Positions 39,401-52,500 of a stretch of DNA of 64,000 bases are shown here, in pieces (positions within the stretch are counted from its first letter, which is position 1; every line of letters begins with the position of its first letter). The translations under genes were made by a program, and so were the position numbers. The stretch covers positions 992,001-1,056,000 of the forward strand of contig NW_025963879.1 of NCBI RefSeq assembly GCF_023055435.1. Reading direction: 5' to 3'. The DNA comes from Haliotis rufescens. Lineage: Eukaryota. A model generated the notes under the pieces. That model saw nothing but the letters and a program-made list of their open reading frames with translations. It was not told where the DNA came from and did not search any database.

Positions 39401-40816
39401 ATCGGTTCAGTGCTAACTTCTTCAATTTGTTAGGAACTACTTTGGGCTGTTTTCTAACACAAATCAATGTACTTAGCCACATAAGAATTGTCAGTTCACC
39501 CATTAGGAGCCTGAATATATAATAGACCTACATGTCAATGTTTTTTATGACTCGTCTTTTAATAATTCGTGCTCATTGGTTGAAGATGTATTCGTCTATT
39601 TCATTAGCACACGTAAGCAGTACCTTGTAACCTGTGTAGATTTAATAGTCATGGGTGACTCATAAAGCGTCTTCTCAGCGTTGTCAATACATGTCGCAAC
39701 CACACTTCAACTGTTAATTTGAGGGTTGGTTCATTGTATCGTTGGTTTGGTATCGTTTGGTAAAACAAATTATGATGTATTTTGTTAATTAATATACTCA
39801 ATATTGCTGAGACGTTTTTGTTTTATCGACCATGTCCACCAGGTAGACGCTAGTCTTAGCGCCAAAGAAGAATGCACCAGCAGTCATTTTATACATTGGA
39901 TATACCCACGCAGACATCATTCAACCTTGGCCCGTTACACGTTCACGTTGAGCTGACGTGGTCAACGATATGGGGAGGGAAACTGTGATTGGTCATCCCT
40001 GGCAAGTGGTCAAGTAGGATCCTGCTAGCCGGAAGGGTGTTATTTTCAGATTACATTAACATAAGATTAGCATATTACAGAATGAAAATATCTCTTGTCA
40101 TTTCGGTTGTGTGATAAGAATTTCCTCAAGTGACGGCTAAAGAACGGGTATAGTGACGCTATTCCTCACATTTTCCTCAACATATGTAAAAATTTCGAAC
40201 ATTTTCAACATTGAAAAAATGTTGCGTGGAAACATAATTGATTTCTCTTATCATATTATGGTCACCATGGACATTAGCAAAAGAAACTAATAACCACATG
40301 TACAATGGTCTTCAACAGTTATTCATCCAATGTAATAGGCTTATTTATATATGAAATCAAAAAAGAAAGCCTTCATTTAATCTTATATAGTAGGCATTGA
40401 AGCACCCATTCCTCCCTTCAATGTAGCGATAGAGAAAAAATACTTCATGGGTAAATTAGCAAATTAGTGTTCTTAGAAATGGAAATCAATAATTTACTAA
40501 TTACAGAATTATATTTCATGGTTATAAGTTTATCAATATTACACCTGTTCAGTCATGATTATTAAATTAGCAATATATTCAAGGAAATTATTCGTATCTT
40601 TCAGACACTACCAAATTTATGTCTAAACTATATGTAAGGATAAAGTTAATTCAGTAATGTCAAGTACCAACATTCAGAGAAATTGTAACCTTTCCTTGTT
40701 TATACACATGCTATTTCATTAGGATTTCCATCCTGACTCTATGCAGCATGGGCCTGTGGTGTGGGCCTGATCCGTGGTCTAGTGGATAGAGCATGTGCCC
40801 GGTTTGACACCCGCCG

Positions 40817-42857
40817 TTGTATTTAAGCATCTTTATATTAATTGTGAGTGAGTGTGTGAGTTGGGTTTAACGCCGCTTTTAACAGTTTTCAAGTTATATC
40901 ACGGCGTGTCAGCTTAATGTGGGAGGAAAGCCCGAAGTGATGCAGGTCTCAGACGTTTACCACTTCGGTGAAACCCACGAGTACGGGTATGGTGCTGACA
41001 AACCTAGAAACATAATCGGGGCGAACCGGGATACGAACTCACAATCATAGGTTTCTGGCGACCCCAAGAGACGCAACTCTGCACAGCGAATCGCGGCACC
41101 TTAGACGACTGGGCCACCCGTGCCCCCTCATATTAATTATTTTCATGTCAATAAAGTGTTGTATAGATACCAGTCAGGCTTTCAAAAAGGCCATTCCACT
41201 GTCCACCAATTAATTGAATTGTATAACCATGTAACTGTTTGTCTATCATTAGACAATAGAGAAAAATATTGCATGTTGGTTTTTTTGTGATGTGTCAAAA
41301 CCAATTGATCGTGTCTGGCATAGAGGGCTTATGTACAAATTAGAATGTATGGTATAAAAGGGAATTTACTTAAATGGCTGTCTAGTTACATAAGCAATCG
41401 TACTCAATCAGTGTTTGTAAGCAGGGCTCTATCCAAACCAAGGATTTTGAAGGCTGGTGTTCCACAGGGGTCGGTATCAGGTCCCGTTTCATTCATTGTA
41501 TTTGTTAACAACATTGCTGATGAATCAGATTGTATAACAAGACTTTTTGCTGACGATACAGCACTCGGCTTTTCTTCACCAGATAACCAACTTGTTGAAT
41601 CAACTCTAAATTTTAATCTAAGCCAGCTGTGTAAATTGCCAAAACGCTGGTTAATTAAACACAACTCAGATAAGGTTATATTTTCATTAAAGGATGAATC
41701 AGACCTTATTACCTTGTACTTTGACGAATGTAAAGTTAAGAATACTCAAAGTCATAAACATTTGGGTATAACGTTTGCATCAAACAGAAAATGGTCCTGT
41801 CACGTAGATAATTAATTCAAAATCAAAAACGAGAAAATTCAATGAGAAAATAAAAATTTACATTGAACAGAATTACATTAAATAAAGTATATACAATTTT
41901 CATAAGACCCCATTTCGAATATGCGTGTGAAGTGTGGGATGGGTGTTATGTAGAATTATCAACTCAGTTAGAAAATCTCCAACTAGAAGCTGCCAGAGTA
42001 GTTACTGGGCTCCCAAAGTATACTTCGCACAAACATCTGTTTTATGAAACAGGATGGGAAACGTTAATAGAACGAAGGAGGAAACGTTAGCTATGTTTGT
42101 TCTACAAAACACAAAGTAATATTGCCCCAACTTATCTTAAAGACATAGTACCAACCACTGTAAGTTCAAATGTATCATATAATTTAAGAAATTCAGACAA
42201 TATTGTGATTCCATACACTAGATTAAAACAATCAAGGTGTTCTTTAATTCCATGAACTGTTGGGTTATGGAACAGTATTCCTGCAGCAGGTAGAAACTGA
42301 ACATCTACATCCCAGTTAAAGTCGTACATACAGAAAGAGCAATGTATTGCACTTCCATATTTTTCCTTTGGTGTTAGAAAGTTGAATATTTATCATACTC
42401 GATTGAGATAAAATGTGATCCAATATGTCAATGTGGTAATCCATGTGAAAACTCATATCATTACTTATTAGAATGTCCATTGTATGTCCACTAAAGAAAA
42501 TCTATGTTAATGATCATTCGGGACATTTTACAGAATGCCGCGAACAACAATGTTAAATTAGATTTAAGTTTTGATGTTAAACGGAAATGATGTTTGTCCA
42601 TTATCGAAAATCAGCTCACTTTAAGGCAGTGCAAATGTTTATAAGTCATACAAAGAGATTTGGGTAACACATTAATGTTAATATACTATTCTCTCTTTTG
42701 TACATTTCTCTTATATCTATACACTCATCTTCCCTTCTGTTTTCCTTGTATATGATTTACTGTACAAGTTTTTGTAAATACCATGGAGATGGAGTCCTAA
42801 GTTGGATAACTTGTTCCCAATCCATTTCAATCTGAATAAAATATGTTTAAACTAAAC
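40817..42857 (+). mobile_element. 5'-truncated decayed CR1-group LINE (reverse transcriptase + 3' end)
   Basis: Motifs YQSGFQKGHSTVHQL, DRVWHRGL, AGVPQGSV, LFADDT, HKHLG, RPHFEYACEVWD; frameshifts and stops; ends AATAAAATATGTTTAAACTAAAC; flanked by CCCGCCG duplication (40810-40816 / 42859-42865). Confidence 0.9.
40844..41127 (-). mobile_element. tRNA-derived SINE family 1 (long head, ACTC tail), inserted in the CR1
   Basis: A box TGGCCCAGTCG, B box GTTCG(A/T)ATCC, TSD ATATTAATT. Other copies at 6891-7173(-), 24887-25080(+), 31682-31951(-), 44128-44381(+), 49817-50231(-), 53998-54275(+), 54525-54792(+), 57815-58072(-). Confidence 0.85.
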
Positions 42858-43737
42858 TCCCGCCGCATCAAACCTACGACGTTACAATATGGCACTTGTT
42901 CTTACACTAACGACGTTAAAATATGGCACTTGTTGTTACCCTCCCTGGCGCTCGATTTTTAGAGGGGAGTCAGAATACTGTGTCTGAGTGGGGGCCCTTT
43001 ATCTCAGTGGGCGGCATGATATCTCAGTGAGAAAAACAGCGTCAGTCCGGACATGTACAAGCAGCCACACACACACATGCGTGGACATCGCTATGTATGA
43101 ATGAATCAAGCATGCAAGCCCATGTCATCTCAACCACCTCGTTCGAGCTGCGCGTTTTAAGTTTGACTGTGTTCACTGTATACACATAGAAAGGATTGTT
43201 ACATAAAATACAACCCGTCTCTGTATGGTAACGAGTTGTAGTAAACCTGTGTTTGTCTGTGTTTACAAAAAATATTGATGGCAATGCTAACATCCAGTGT
43301 AAATGAACATACGTATTTAGATGAATATATATTCTTACACTGTGTTATTAACAAACACAGCAGGTTTAAAGCCAAGCAAAAGGGATCTAATATCTATAAA
43401 TGTTTAAATCAATTATAAAACTGTGACATCAATTCTCGTGATTGCCACATAACAGTTGGTTAAACTCTTGCGATTGTACGGATTTTAAAAAATTGTATAA
43501 GATGGGATTATACCAACTTTGACGCATTTTGTCGGTACTTGTGAAGTTGCTGTTCTGTTCTCTTAAGTTTATAAAAACGTCGCCGAAATAAGATGTGATA
43601 ATGTCAGAGGGAGATATCGCATTTCTTAGTTACGCGACAAAATAATCATATTTAACTCTCCATTAGGTGTTCACACAGTTAGACGTCTTTGGTGGGCCGT
43701 ACTGAGAAAGTGGACAGGTCTGATTACATTCTATATA

Positions 43738-44010
43738 GACCCATGAAGATTCCGGGGTAGAACAGGTCTTCAGCAACCAATGCTTGCCGTAAAAGGCGAC
43801 TATGCTTGTCGTAAAAGGCGACTCACGGGATCGGGTGGTCAGGCTCGCTGACTTGGTTGATGCATGTCATCGATCCCAATTGCGTGGATCGATGCTCATG
43901 ATATTAATCACTGGATTGTCTGGTCCAGACTCGATTATTTACAGACCGCCATCATATAGCTGTAATATTGCTGAGTGTGGCGTTAAACAACAAATCAACC
44001 AACCAAAATT
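43738..44010 (+). mobile_element. Non-tRNA-headed short retroposon (family 3), full length
   Basis: Begins GACCC(G/A)TGAAGAT and ends GGCGTTAAACAACAAA; 11-bp TSD CATTCTATATA (43727-43737 / 44011-44021). Copies at 1-185, 2570-2838, 5594-5812, 15235-15486, 29680-29840, 45040-45205, 46190-46415, 57105-57590, 58890-59085. Confidence 0.85.
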
Positions 44011-45570
44011 CATTCTATATAACGTCTGTTTTGTATTAATTGTAACTGATTAAATAAACTGATGGGGGAATGGAACTAATAGATTACGAAAGCTTACAAT
44101 GTGTTATTTTAAGTCTCTAACGGAATGTGGGGCACGGATGGCCCAGTCGTCTAAGGCGCCGCAATTCGCTGGCAAGAGTTGCGTCACTTGGGCACGCCAA
44201 AAACCTATGATTGTGGGTCGTTTCTAGGTTTGTCAGCACCATACCCGTGCTCGTGGGTTTCACCGGTGTGGTAAACGTCTGAGACCTGCATCAATCGGGC
44301 CTTCCTCCCACATTAAGCTGACACGCCGTGATATAACTGTAATAGAGTTAAAAGCGGCGTTAAACCCAACTCACTCACTCACGTTAACGGAATGTATATT
44401 TAAGTAATTATTATGTTCATTCTTTTGCTATGTATTGCCCATTGCCAAATAAATGAAGCTGTTAGCACACGAACACAGTACTGTGGAAGTAAATCTAAAG
44501 GATCTTACTACGCTTGTTCGTGTGTTGTTTGGCCAAACGCGAGATTGAAACGCTCCCTCAATGGTTAAAGAATGGTGAGAAAATAGATTCCGCACTGTTC
44601 ACGGCGTATGAATTCTTTCATTGAATAGTATGATTTCTCAGTTTACAGCGCGAATACCATGATATTTGTAATGGCAAAATATTCAGTATATATTGAGTTT
44701 GTATACATATTTGACCAATATCTTCCAGAGTAGATATATGAACATCTTTAATCTTTCGTCACGCGAACACAAGCTATAATTCATGTGTAAAACACAATCT
44801 ATAATTCACGTGTAAAACACAACCTATAATTCACGTGTAAAACACAACATTACATCATTGAAGAGATATAATATGACACGTGAACATCAGAGTGCAATCT
44901 GTCTCAATTGTCTGCCAAAACAGATTCTATTTGGCATAAGAGACAGAACAGTGATGACAATTATGTCAATGGATCATTGAAAATCAATGATTAAATGAGC
45001 GAAATGAGTTCGCGAAAAGAGTAGGCAGGTCCTGTCCAGTTGGTTGGTTGGTTGGTTGGTTGTTTAACGCCGCACTCAGCAATATTCCAGCTATGTGACG
45101 GCGGTCTATAAATAATCCAGTCTGGACCAGACAATCCAGTGATTAATATCATGAGCATCGATCCACGCATTTGGGATCGATGACATGTATCAACCAAGTC
45201 AGCAGGTCCTGTCCAGAAGGTGCACATTTAGTTCTATAACTAATCCATGTTAATGCTTCTGTCTGATGTATGTAAAAACCAATTCTTCGAACCTGAAAGC
45301 ACACGATGTTTCTTGTCATTGTACAAGGAAACTTTACTGTAGATCTATTTTACCTTAAATAGCAAAACTTACACAGTTTCTTCTTGCTATGCAATATAGT
45401 TGCAATAACCGAAGTTGTTATTTACTTTTTTCGCTAAGATCTGGTCACAATATATCTTCTTATATGCCCTTGTTCCTCTAATAATCATAATTATTGATAC
45501 ACTTGGTTATGGAATACCGCAAGTATCCTACTCTCCTACCGTTCCATGTGTCTAAACTCTGGCAACATAC

Positions 45571-45738
45571 GGGGCGGTGGGGTAGCCTAGTGGTTAAAGC
45601 GTTCGCTCGTCACGCCGAAGATCCGGGTTCCATTACCCACATGGGCACAATGTGTGAAGCCCATTTTCCGATGTCCCCCGCCGTGATATTGCTGGAATAT
45701 CGCTAAAAGCGGCGTAAAACAATACTCACTCACTCACT
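45571..45738 (+). mobile_element. Short tRNA-Asp-like SINE (family 2)
   Basis: GGTAGCCTAGTGGTTAAAGCGTTCGCTCGTCACGCCGAAGA(C/T)CCGGGTTC head with GTC at the anticodon position, (ACTC)n tail. Copies at 6435-6528, 10945-11094, 28955-29120, 30278-30432, 58426-58753, 59818-59985. Confidence 0.85.
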
Positions 45739-48700
45739 TACTTTGGCAACAAACATGTAGACCATGCAGTAAACGGACTGCAATCCTTCTGATGCCTTCC
45801 AGATTAATCTGAAACGCCGAAATGTAACCCAGATTCTGTTCTTAACAGAAATGAACAATGGGATTGAGGAAACGTGACACTCTTGATGAACAGTTCAACA
45901 CGGTATTGAAGTAAATGGCGCTACACCCATCTTCCTCAATGATTCCTCTTCGTTATGAATACGATAAGGCAAACACACCTTACCCTAACACACCTTCCAG
46001 TGTTGCCAAGTGTTAACAATATCGAGTCAATAATGTGTTGCAAGTAGCCCTAGGACATGCCGACATGATGAATGGTGAAACGTTCAGTCATCACCTATGT
46101 ATAACGACAAAGTGAACGCCTTAGCAGATATTGTTGAGTATACAGTAAATATGGCCGAGGTGGTTCACGGGGGGATGGCAAGGGTAGGGTTTTGTTTGTT
46201 GTTTAACGCCGCACTCAGCAATATTCCAGCTATATAAATAATCTAGCCTGGGCCAGACAATCCAATGATTGACATCATGCGCATCGATCTACACAATCGG
46301 GATACGACGACATGCATCAACCAAGTCACCGAGCCTGACCACGCGTCTTAAGTCGCGTCTTACGACAAGCATGGTTTGCTGAAGAACAATTCTAACCCGG
46401 AATCTTCACGGGACGCAAGGGTGGTTGTAGGGGTCAGGGGTAGTTTAGCTTACTATCAGCTTAGAAGGTTTCATCAACGTAAAATACGAGTGAATTGCAT
46501 CGCTACCTCTTACCAATGAAAGGTGGCATATTATAAACATGAATCGTTCCAAAAAATGCGGTTAACATGTAGCCTCAGCCGAAATTGCTCACGAGACAAG
46601 CTCGAGTAAAGGCGTTATGAAAATAGTTATGGCTTCTCGGGGCCTCCTTTCAGGGAAGAGAATTATGTGCCTCAAAGAAAAATCCCCAACCCCCGAATAT
46701 TAAAAGATTCGGGCCAAAGGTTCGATCCAGAAATCAGCTGTTGTGATGTATGTCTATATCGCGCTGTCAGTTAGTGTGGGCTCGAAATTGAGATAGACAT
46801 ATGGCCAGAACGGCCCTATCAATATACATACATATGCCAACCGTTCACTGTAATTCACTGTTTTCGGATACTTCCTACTTTGTCACCCGATCACAACCTA
46901 CATGTCAGGTGTGAAAGTAATTTCAACATTGAAGAGATATAACAGGAAACGTCAACGTCGGAGAGTAATCAGTATCGATTATCTGCGGAAACAATTCCAT
47001 TCTGCATAAAAGGTAAAACAGTGATTACAATTCTAAGAATGGTCACTGAACAGGAGTTTGAAGAAAAGGCAGGAGTGTCCTGATCGAGAAGACGCAGTTG
47101 AACATTTAGTTAGATCCATGCTTATGATCTACCTGCATGAAAGTGTGAAAGTGTGAAATTAGGATTTGCACGTGCGTGTGGTAGTTACCCTCAAGTTTTA
47201 TTCTACCTCGGGAGGAATAACAAAACCCTACTTGCACTTTGAGCCTTTATTGCTTCATAGGCAATGGCAGGGTCTGCGTTCTACCCAATGTCATTCAGAA
47301 AGTGGTCAAATGTAACAAATGGTATATTTGGGATAACACTTTCTTAGTAAAGTACAGATTCTCATAAATTAAATTTTTTGGGTTGCGGCCGGTCCGGGAT
47401 TCGAACCCACACCTCCACAGTGAGGCACCTTTTCGCCAGCACACAAAAAGTGAAAGTCCGACAACTGGTAGTCTAGATCAAGTACTTTGTGTACCCCTCA
47501 AACAAATGTAAATGTTCACGGCTCCCATGTCCAAAAGCTATGAACACACAATGCAATTTAGAAAGTTGTCAAATATAACAAATGCTATATTTGGGCTAAC
47601 AATTTCTTCGTAAAGTACAGATTCTCTATTTAATCCACAATGATTTGCACACGTAGACATAATGTGGTCAATTTGGAATAAGATAGATTTGGAGATAGGA
47701 GTGTAGCTGTCGGTCACCACAAGCCAGCGGTCAGTATACTCTTTCAGGCCTGGCGGTTGATAATTAGCATTAATTTAGAATTGCATGAAGCCGAAATGAC
47801 CATCAACCCAAACAAGCTGACATGTACACTACTGGGCAAAACAAAGCATACACTCATGTTTCGTGGTGGTTGGAAAAAGCAAGACATGGCTATTCGATGG
47901 TGATGTATTTGATACTTGTATCAAAGTTGTGATTTGGACCTTATGTTTGCAGTGTTTTAAGTCCAGTAACGTTTGTAACTTTTTGGTATAGTCCACATTT
48001 CAAGTGTATACGTTCTTTTGCCCAGCGGTTTAGATTTATTATAAAATATGTTTGAGTGCTACAGATTATTAAATATATATTGTTACATAAAGTCGTCGTG
48101 TGACAGTCTCCAGACAGCGCTGAGTGCCGTGCATGCTATCACATTAATGGTTTGTCTGATCCGGACTCATTTCTTTACAGGATGAAATGATGAAACTGTG
48201 GTGTTGATGAAGCGGCCATAAACGTTCTGAGTCCGGTAATGGGATTCGACCCACGGGCCTTCAGACCCGAGGTCGGACGCCTTCTCCACAAGACCACAAA
48301 GGCAAGCTGAATCGGTAAAGATGTCATCTATGGGATGACTCCACACACTACTTCATAGTGTCCGCCAGGTCCCCATTCTAGAGTACTGAGATTTATTTTT
48401 GCTCAAGCTTGACATGAACGTGCTCGGCTCCACGCTGGGAGCTAATGTACCTGCCACACAGTGTGCAAGGCCCATGCTGAATTCGAAACACGGACCTTCT
48501 GACCGGCACTCGGACGTTTTGTCAACATCGTAAAGGTTAATCCCGTCGGCAAGTTGACAAGGTAAGGATTTCATTCGATATCTCATATCGATACCTCAGA
48601 TACTGTATTAGAATGGGAGTGAGTTGAGTTAAAGGTGCTTTGAATAATAATCCACGACGTGAAAAATCACAAAATGAACATAGTCGTACACGTTTAAATC

Positions 48701-49153
48701 TTTGGTAAAACAATCTACATAGGTATGGTGCTGTAAAACCAATAACCTGAGATTCAAACCAATGATAAACAGATCCTGGCACGACTAAGGAAAGCAACTC
48801 TGTCCACCTGTGGCCCAATCGGCTAAAAGTGCACCGGGCACGAATGCAGCTGTTAGGCGTTTTCCATTTTGGTGAAACACATAGCACATGGGTATGGTAC
48901 AGAGAAACCAAGACACTTCGGATTCAAACCCATCATCATAGAATCCCGGTCCGCCTGAGCGACACAATCCTGCACAGCGAACAAGGCCACCTTTTCTGGT
49001 AGAAGACTCCGGAGTCAACAATCGTTACTTTTTGTGGCAGTGTTTACCGGTGTAGGAAACTAGTGTAAAAGTGTCTACTGAGATGTGTTTTTTGCTATTA
49101 GGATGCAAATATTAGCTTGGAAGGCAGCACAATACGATAATATAAATGCAGAT

Positions 49154-49159
49154 TTTATT
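49154..49159 (-). terminator. Candidate polyadenylation signal of gene C
   Basis: AATAAA on the minus strand ~350 nt after the stop codon. Confidence 0.4.
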
Positions 49160-49504
49160 TCAAAGCAACAGCATACCCTACATCACCCGTTGATACATAC
49201 GGCCGCGATGTGGTAAAAAGCTATTTTAACCAACAGCGTGTTCCGACAAATCAGCTTCCAGATACATACACGACACTCACAAAAAGCGTTTTGCTACGCC
49301 CTTTGGATCAACATACTGCTCGAACAAAACAGCCAATAGTAGGGTACAAAAAAATCTTATGCAAAAAAGTCTCAGTTACACACGACCTCATTTATGTTGC
49401 TGACTTAAACTATGCGTGTCAACACCCCACAGCATTGTGGCCGAATGTCTTCACGGGTGATTGGGGAACGTGGTGTATTCAAGCTCGTGGTGTCGATAAT
49501 GGGC

Positions 49505-52500
49505 TTAAACGCCGTTAATTGTGTCTTGTATCCAGTCCCACGCTCCGTAAATGTCTGTGAAGATGAAAAGCTGATCACTGCAGGCGCCGTTGCCGTTGGT
49601 GTAGTAGGACACGATTCCCTCCGCTGTCCAGAAGCTGGAAGTGTCGTTCTGGCAGACCAAAGCACCTCCGTTGTCACCCTGAAGTACATTAACCACATGC
49701 CCTTATTAAGCAGATGCGATCACGTTCTCGCATTCTGTTTTACCATTATACATTATGTGGAACTGGAACTATTCCCAAAGCAGTGTCATATGATTTATTT
49801 ATTTTAAAACTGCTAGCGAGTGAGTTGAAACATTTATTTCACTCATATCGCGGCGTGTCAGCTTAATGCGGGAGGGAAGCCTGAAATAATGCAGGTCTCA
49901 GACGTTTACCACTTCGGTGAAACCCACGAGCACGGGTATGGTGCTAACAAACCTAGAAACATAATAGGGGCGATTCGGGATTCGAACCCACAATCATAGG
50001 TTTTCTGGCGTGCTAAGGAACGCAACTCTGCACAGCGAATCGTGGTGCCTTGGACGACTGGGCCCCATGGTGCCCACTATTTGATATTGATTCATAAACA
50101 CATGTTTAATATATTGTCAGAATAGTGGGGTTCGAACCCACGATCAAACTTTAGGATTCTGGCGTGACCAAGGGACGCAACTTTGCATAGCAAATTGCAG
50201 CGCCTTAGACGACAGGGTCACCCGTGACCCCAAAACTGCTAGACGTCATGTAATATATACTCTTTAAAACAAAGCAGAGGATAATCGATAATAACAGATG
50301 ATACAGAAATGCAAAGAGGTATGGAGTGGTCATGGATGGATAAGAAAAAGGAAGGGCTATGTGTAACACGATACTCGACAGAACATGTTGACGGTGTATT
50401 TTGAGGGTGCTAGCAACCATGAAAGGTGACAGGGGTGTGTTTGTAAAACATGAACGATTGGTCAAACATTCGTTTGTACAGCTTGGCTTGGTCCGAATCA
50501 AATTTCCAATAATTTGAGTAAATTATCGAGTGAGATGGGTGTAGTGCCACTTACGTCAATACTAAAATGGACTGTCACGTTTCTTCAATCCAATTGTTCA
50601 TTCAGACAAGGAAATATGTTAATAGTTTAGAAAAAGTAGCGGATGGCCTTTGACGTCGGCGTACATGTATCCCCATCACGTCCCCGACTATTGCATTCTG
50701 GCGATGGTTTGCTGCTGGAGGTAGATACATGCACGCTGGCCACGAGCGTTATCGTCTTGAAAGACGTAGGTCAGCATGACGCGAAAACGGCCCATAACCA
50801 ATGTGCACTGGCAGTCATAGTGATCCCGCCCCAACAATACAGACCCATCCCCTATTGTCATGTTGCAATATACTGTGGCACGTGGCCGGGATCCAAAAAC
50901 CATATCGTTATATCCGTCAGTTCGTTTCAACCGTAGTTGACTGTATATCCTGCTATGTTTCGGGTGTGTTGGAGCGTTAGGGTTTGGTAACGAAACGGTT
51001 TTATTCTGACACTCATTTCAAAGCTGATCATTCTTCTGCGACCCGTCATAACATCAATATTTCATGACCTCCTACTTTTTTGGCATATCTTTATGATCAA
51101 TCTGTCTTTCTTCCTCTCATATATCAATATCACCTGGGTTTTTTTCAAAAAATACATTTCTCACACTCTTTACAACTGTTACGTCTTTCAGAAGACAAGA
51201 TTACTGCAACAACTCCGTTCCAAATAAAGGAAAGTTGTTCGTTTCACTTTGAAAACCAGACCCCACTCACGCGACAAATCCCCGTGTCCGTCTTGGTTAA
51301 AACGCCGCAGTGTGTTGTGGGCGGTTGAGGCGTGCCTCGGATGTGCTCACAGGTGCTATCATCAATGATGACGGCATCAACAACCTGGCGGACCCCGGAC
51401 ACCTGAGGATTGGTGGTCTCTGAATGCACAAAACAGATAAATAATTAAATGTAATCTGTTCACTCTTTCTTCTCTCTTTTTTAGAATTGGAGGCCACATG
51501 CCCAAGATTACAATTTATATAAACAATTTGGACAATGGGTTGATACTTTTAACACCAATTATCATAAAGTATATAGTCTAATTTATATCAACTATTTTTT
51601 GTACTTTAGATTATGGGTAAGATTGCCAAATTTGGTTAGCATGTGTGCCAAGTCTGTTCCTATAAAAAGTGCTGTAAGATACAATATTAGGAATTATAAT
51701 AAGACAGAAATGGTGAGTTACCAGTTTTGCATAAATGTAATCTGTACACTGTTCTGAAGTAAAAAGCCTTCTGCACGGTACGGATATATCGCTTTATCAT
51801 ATAATGGGTAGGTTTCTCGGCAGTATTATGCCAACAGATAAAAACGGTTTCCGTTGGGGTCTCATACGGATAAAGATGCAAATATGAAAAGTCAGGCAGA
51901 TACAACTTTCAGTGGAAACAAATAAACATGGCGTCGCCCTTGTCAAGGCTCGCTAAATACAACGTTTATTCCTAATGATGTTTACCTTCCCAAACCACAG
52001 ATGCATGTTTCGGTGTTATTGCAAATTACAAGGACACAAGACCACATCCTCCAACCAACCAACAAGAACTGATCCAGGCGACAAGAAAATGGCGACGTTT
52101 CCTACGTGACGTCATCAGTAACTGACATTTTCTGTGCACCGGAGAGTTTTATGTCTTGTAAGCAGGGGGACTAATACACGCTATTAATGTGACATGTCAT
52201 TGAACATGAGCGATTTTTGATGTGTGTCCTTTTTCCAATAAAGTTTGTTTTTTCTACCTCACCTCAATTCGGGCAAATGCCATGCCAATATCGGATGTTA
52301 TATGACTGTCATTTTATATGCTGATTTCGTTGAGATTTTGAGATTTTCAATACATTTGACTTCATGCATATGCAACTATCTTTAGTTGTGTTTAGAATAG
52401 AATGATTTATAACTATGGCAAAGTTTTCTTTGGATATCAGTTTACCTACAAAAAGCATAGATCTACACACAAATACGGTTTTAAAATGTTTTGTCAAGAT

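Noticed and set aside
45571-45650. tRNA-Asp/Leu-like sequences as tRNA genes (also 47380-47440, 48230-48310)
   Set aside because: They lack a proper acceptor stem and run directly into SINE bodies and tails, so they are SINE heads or fragments.
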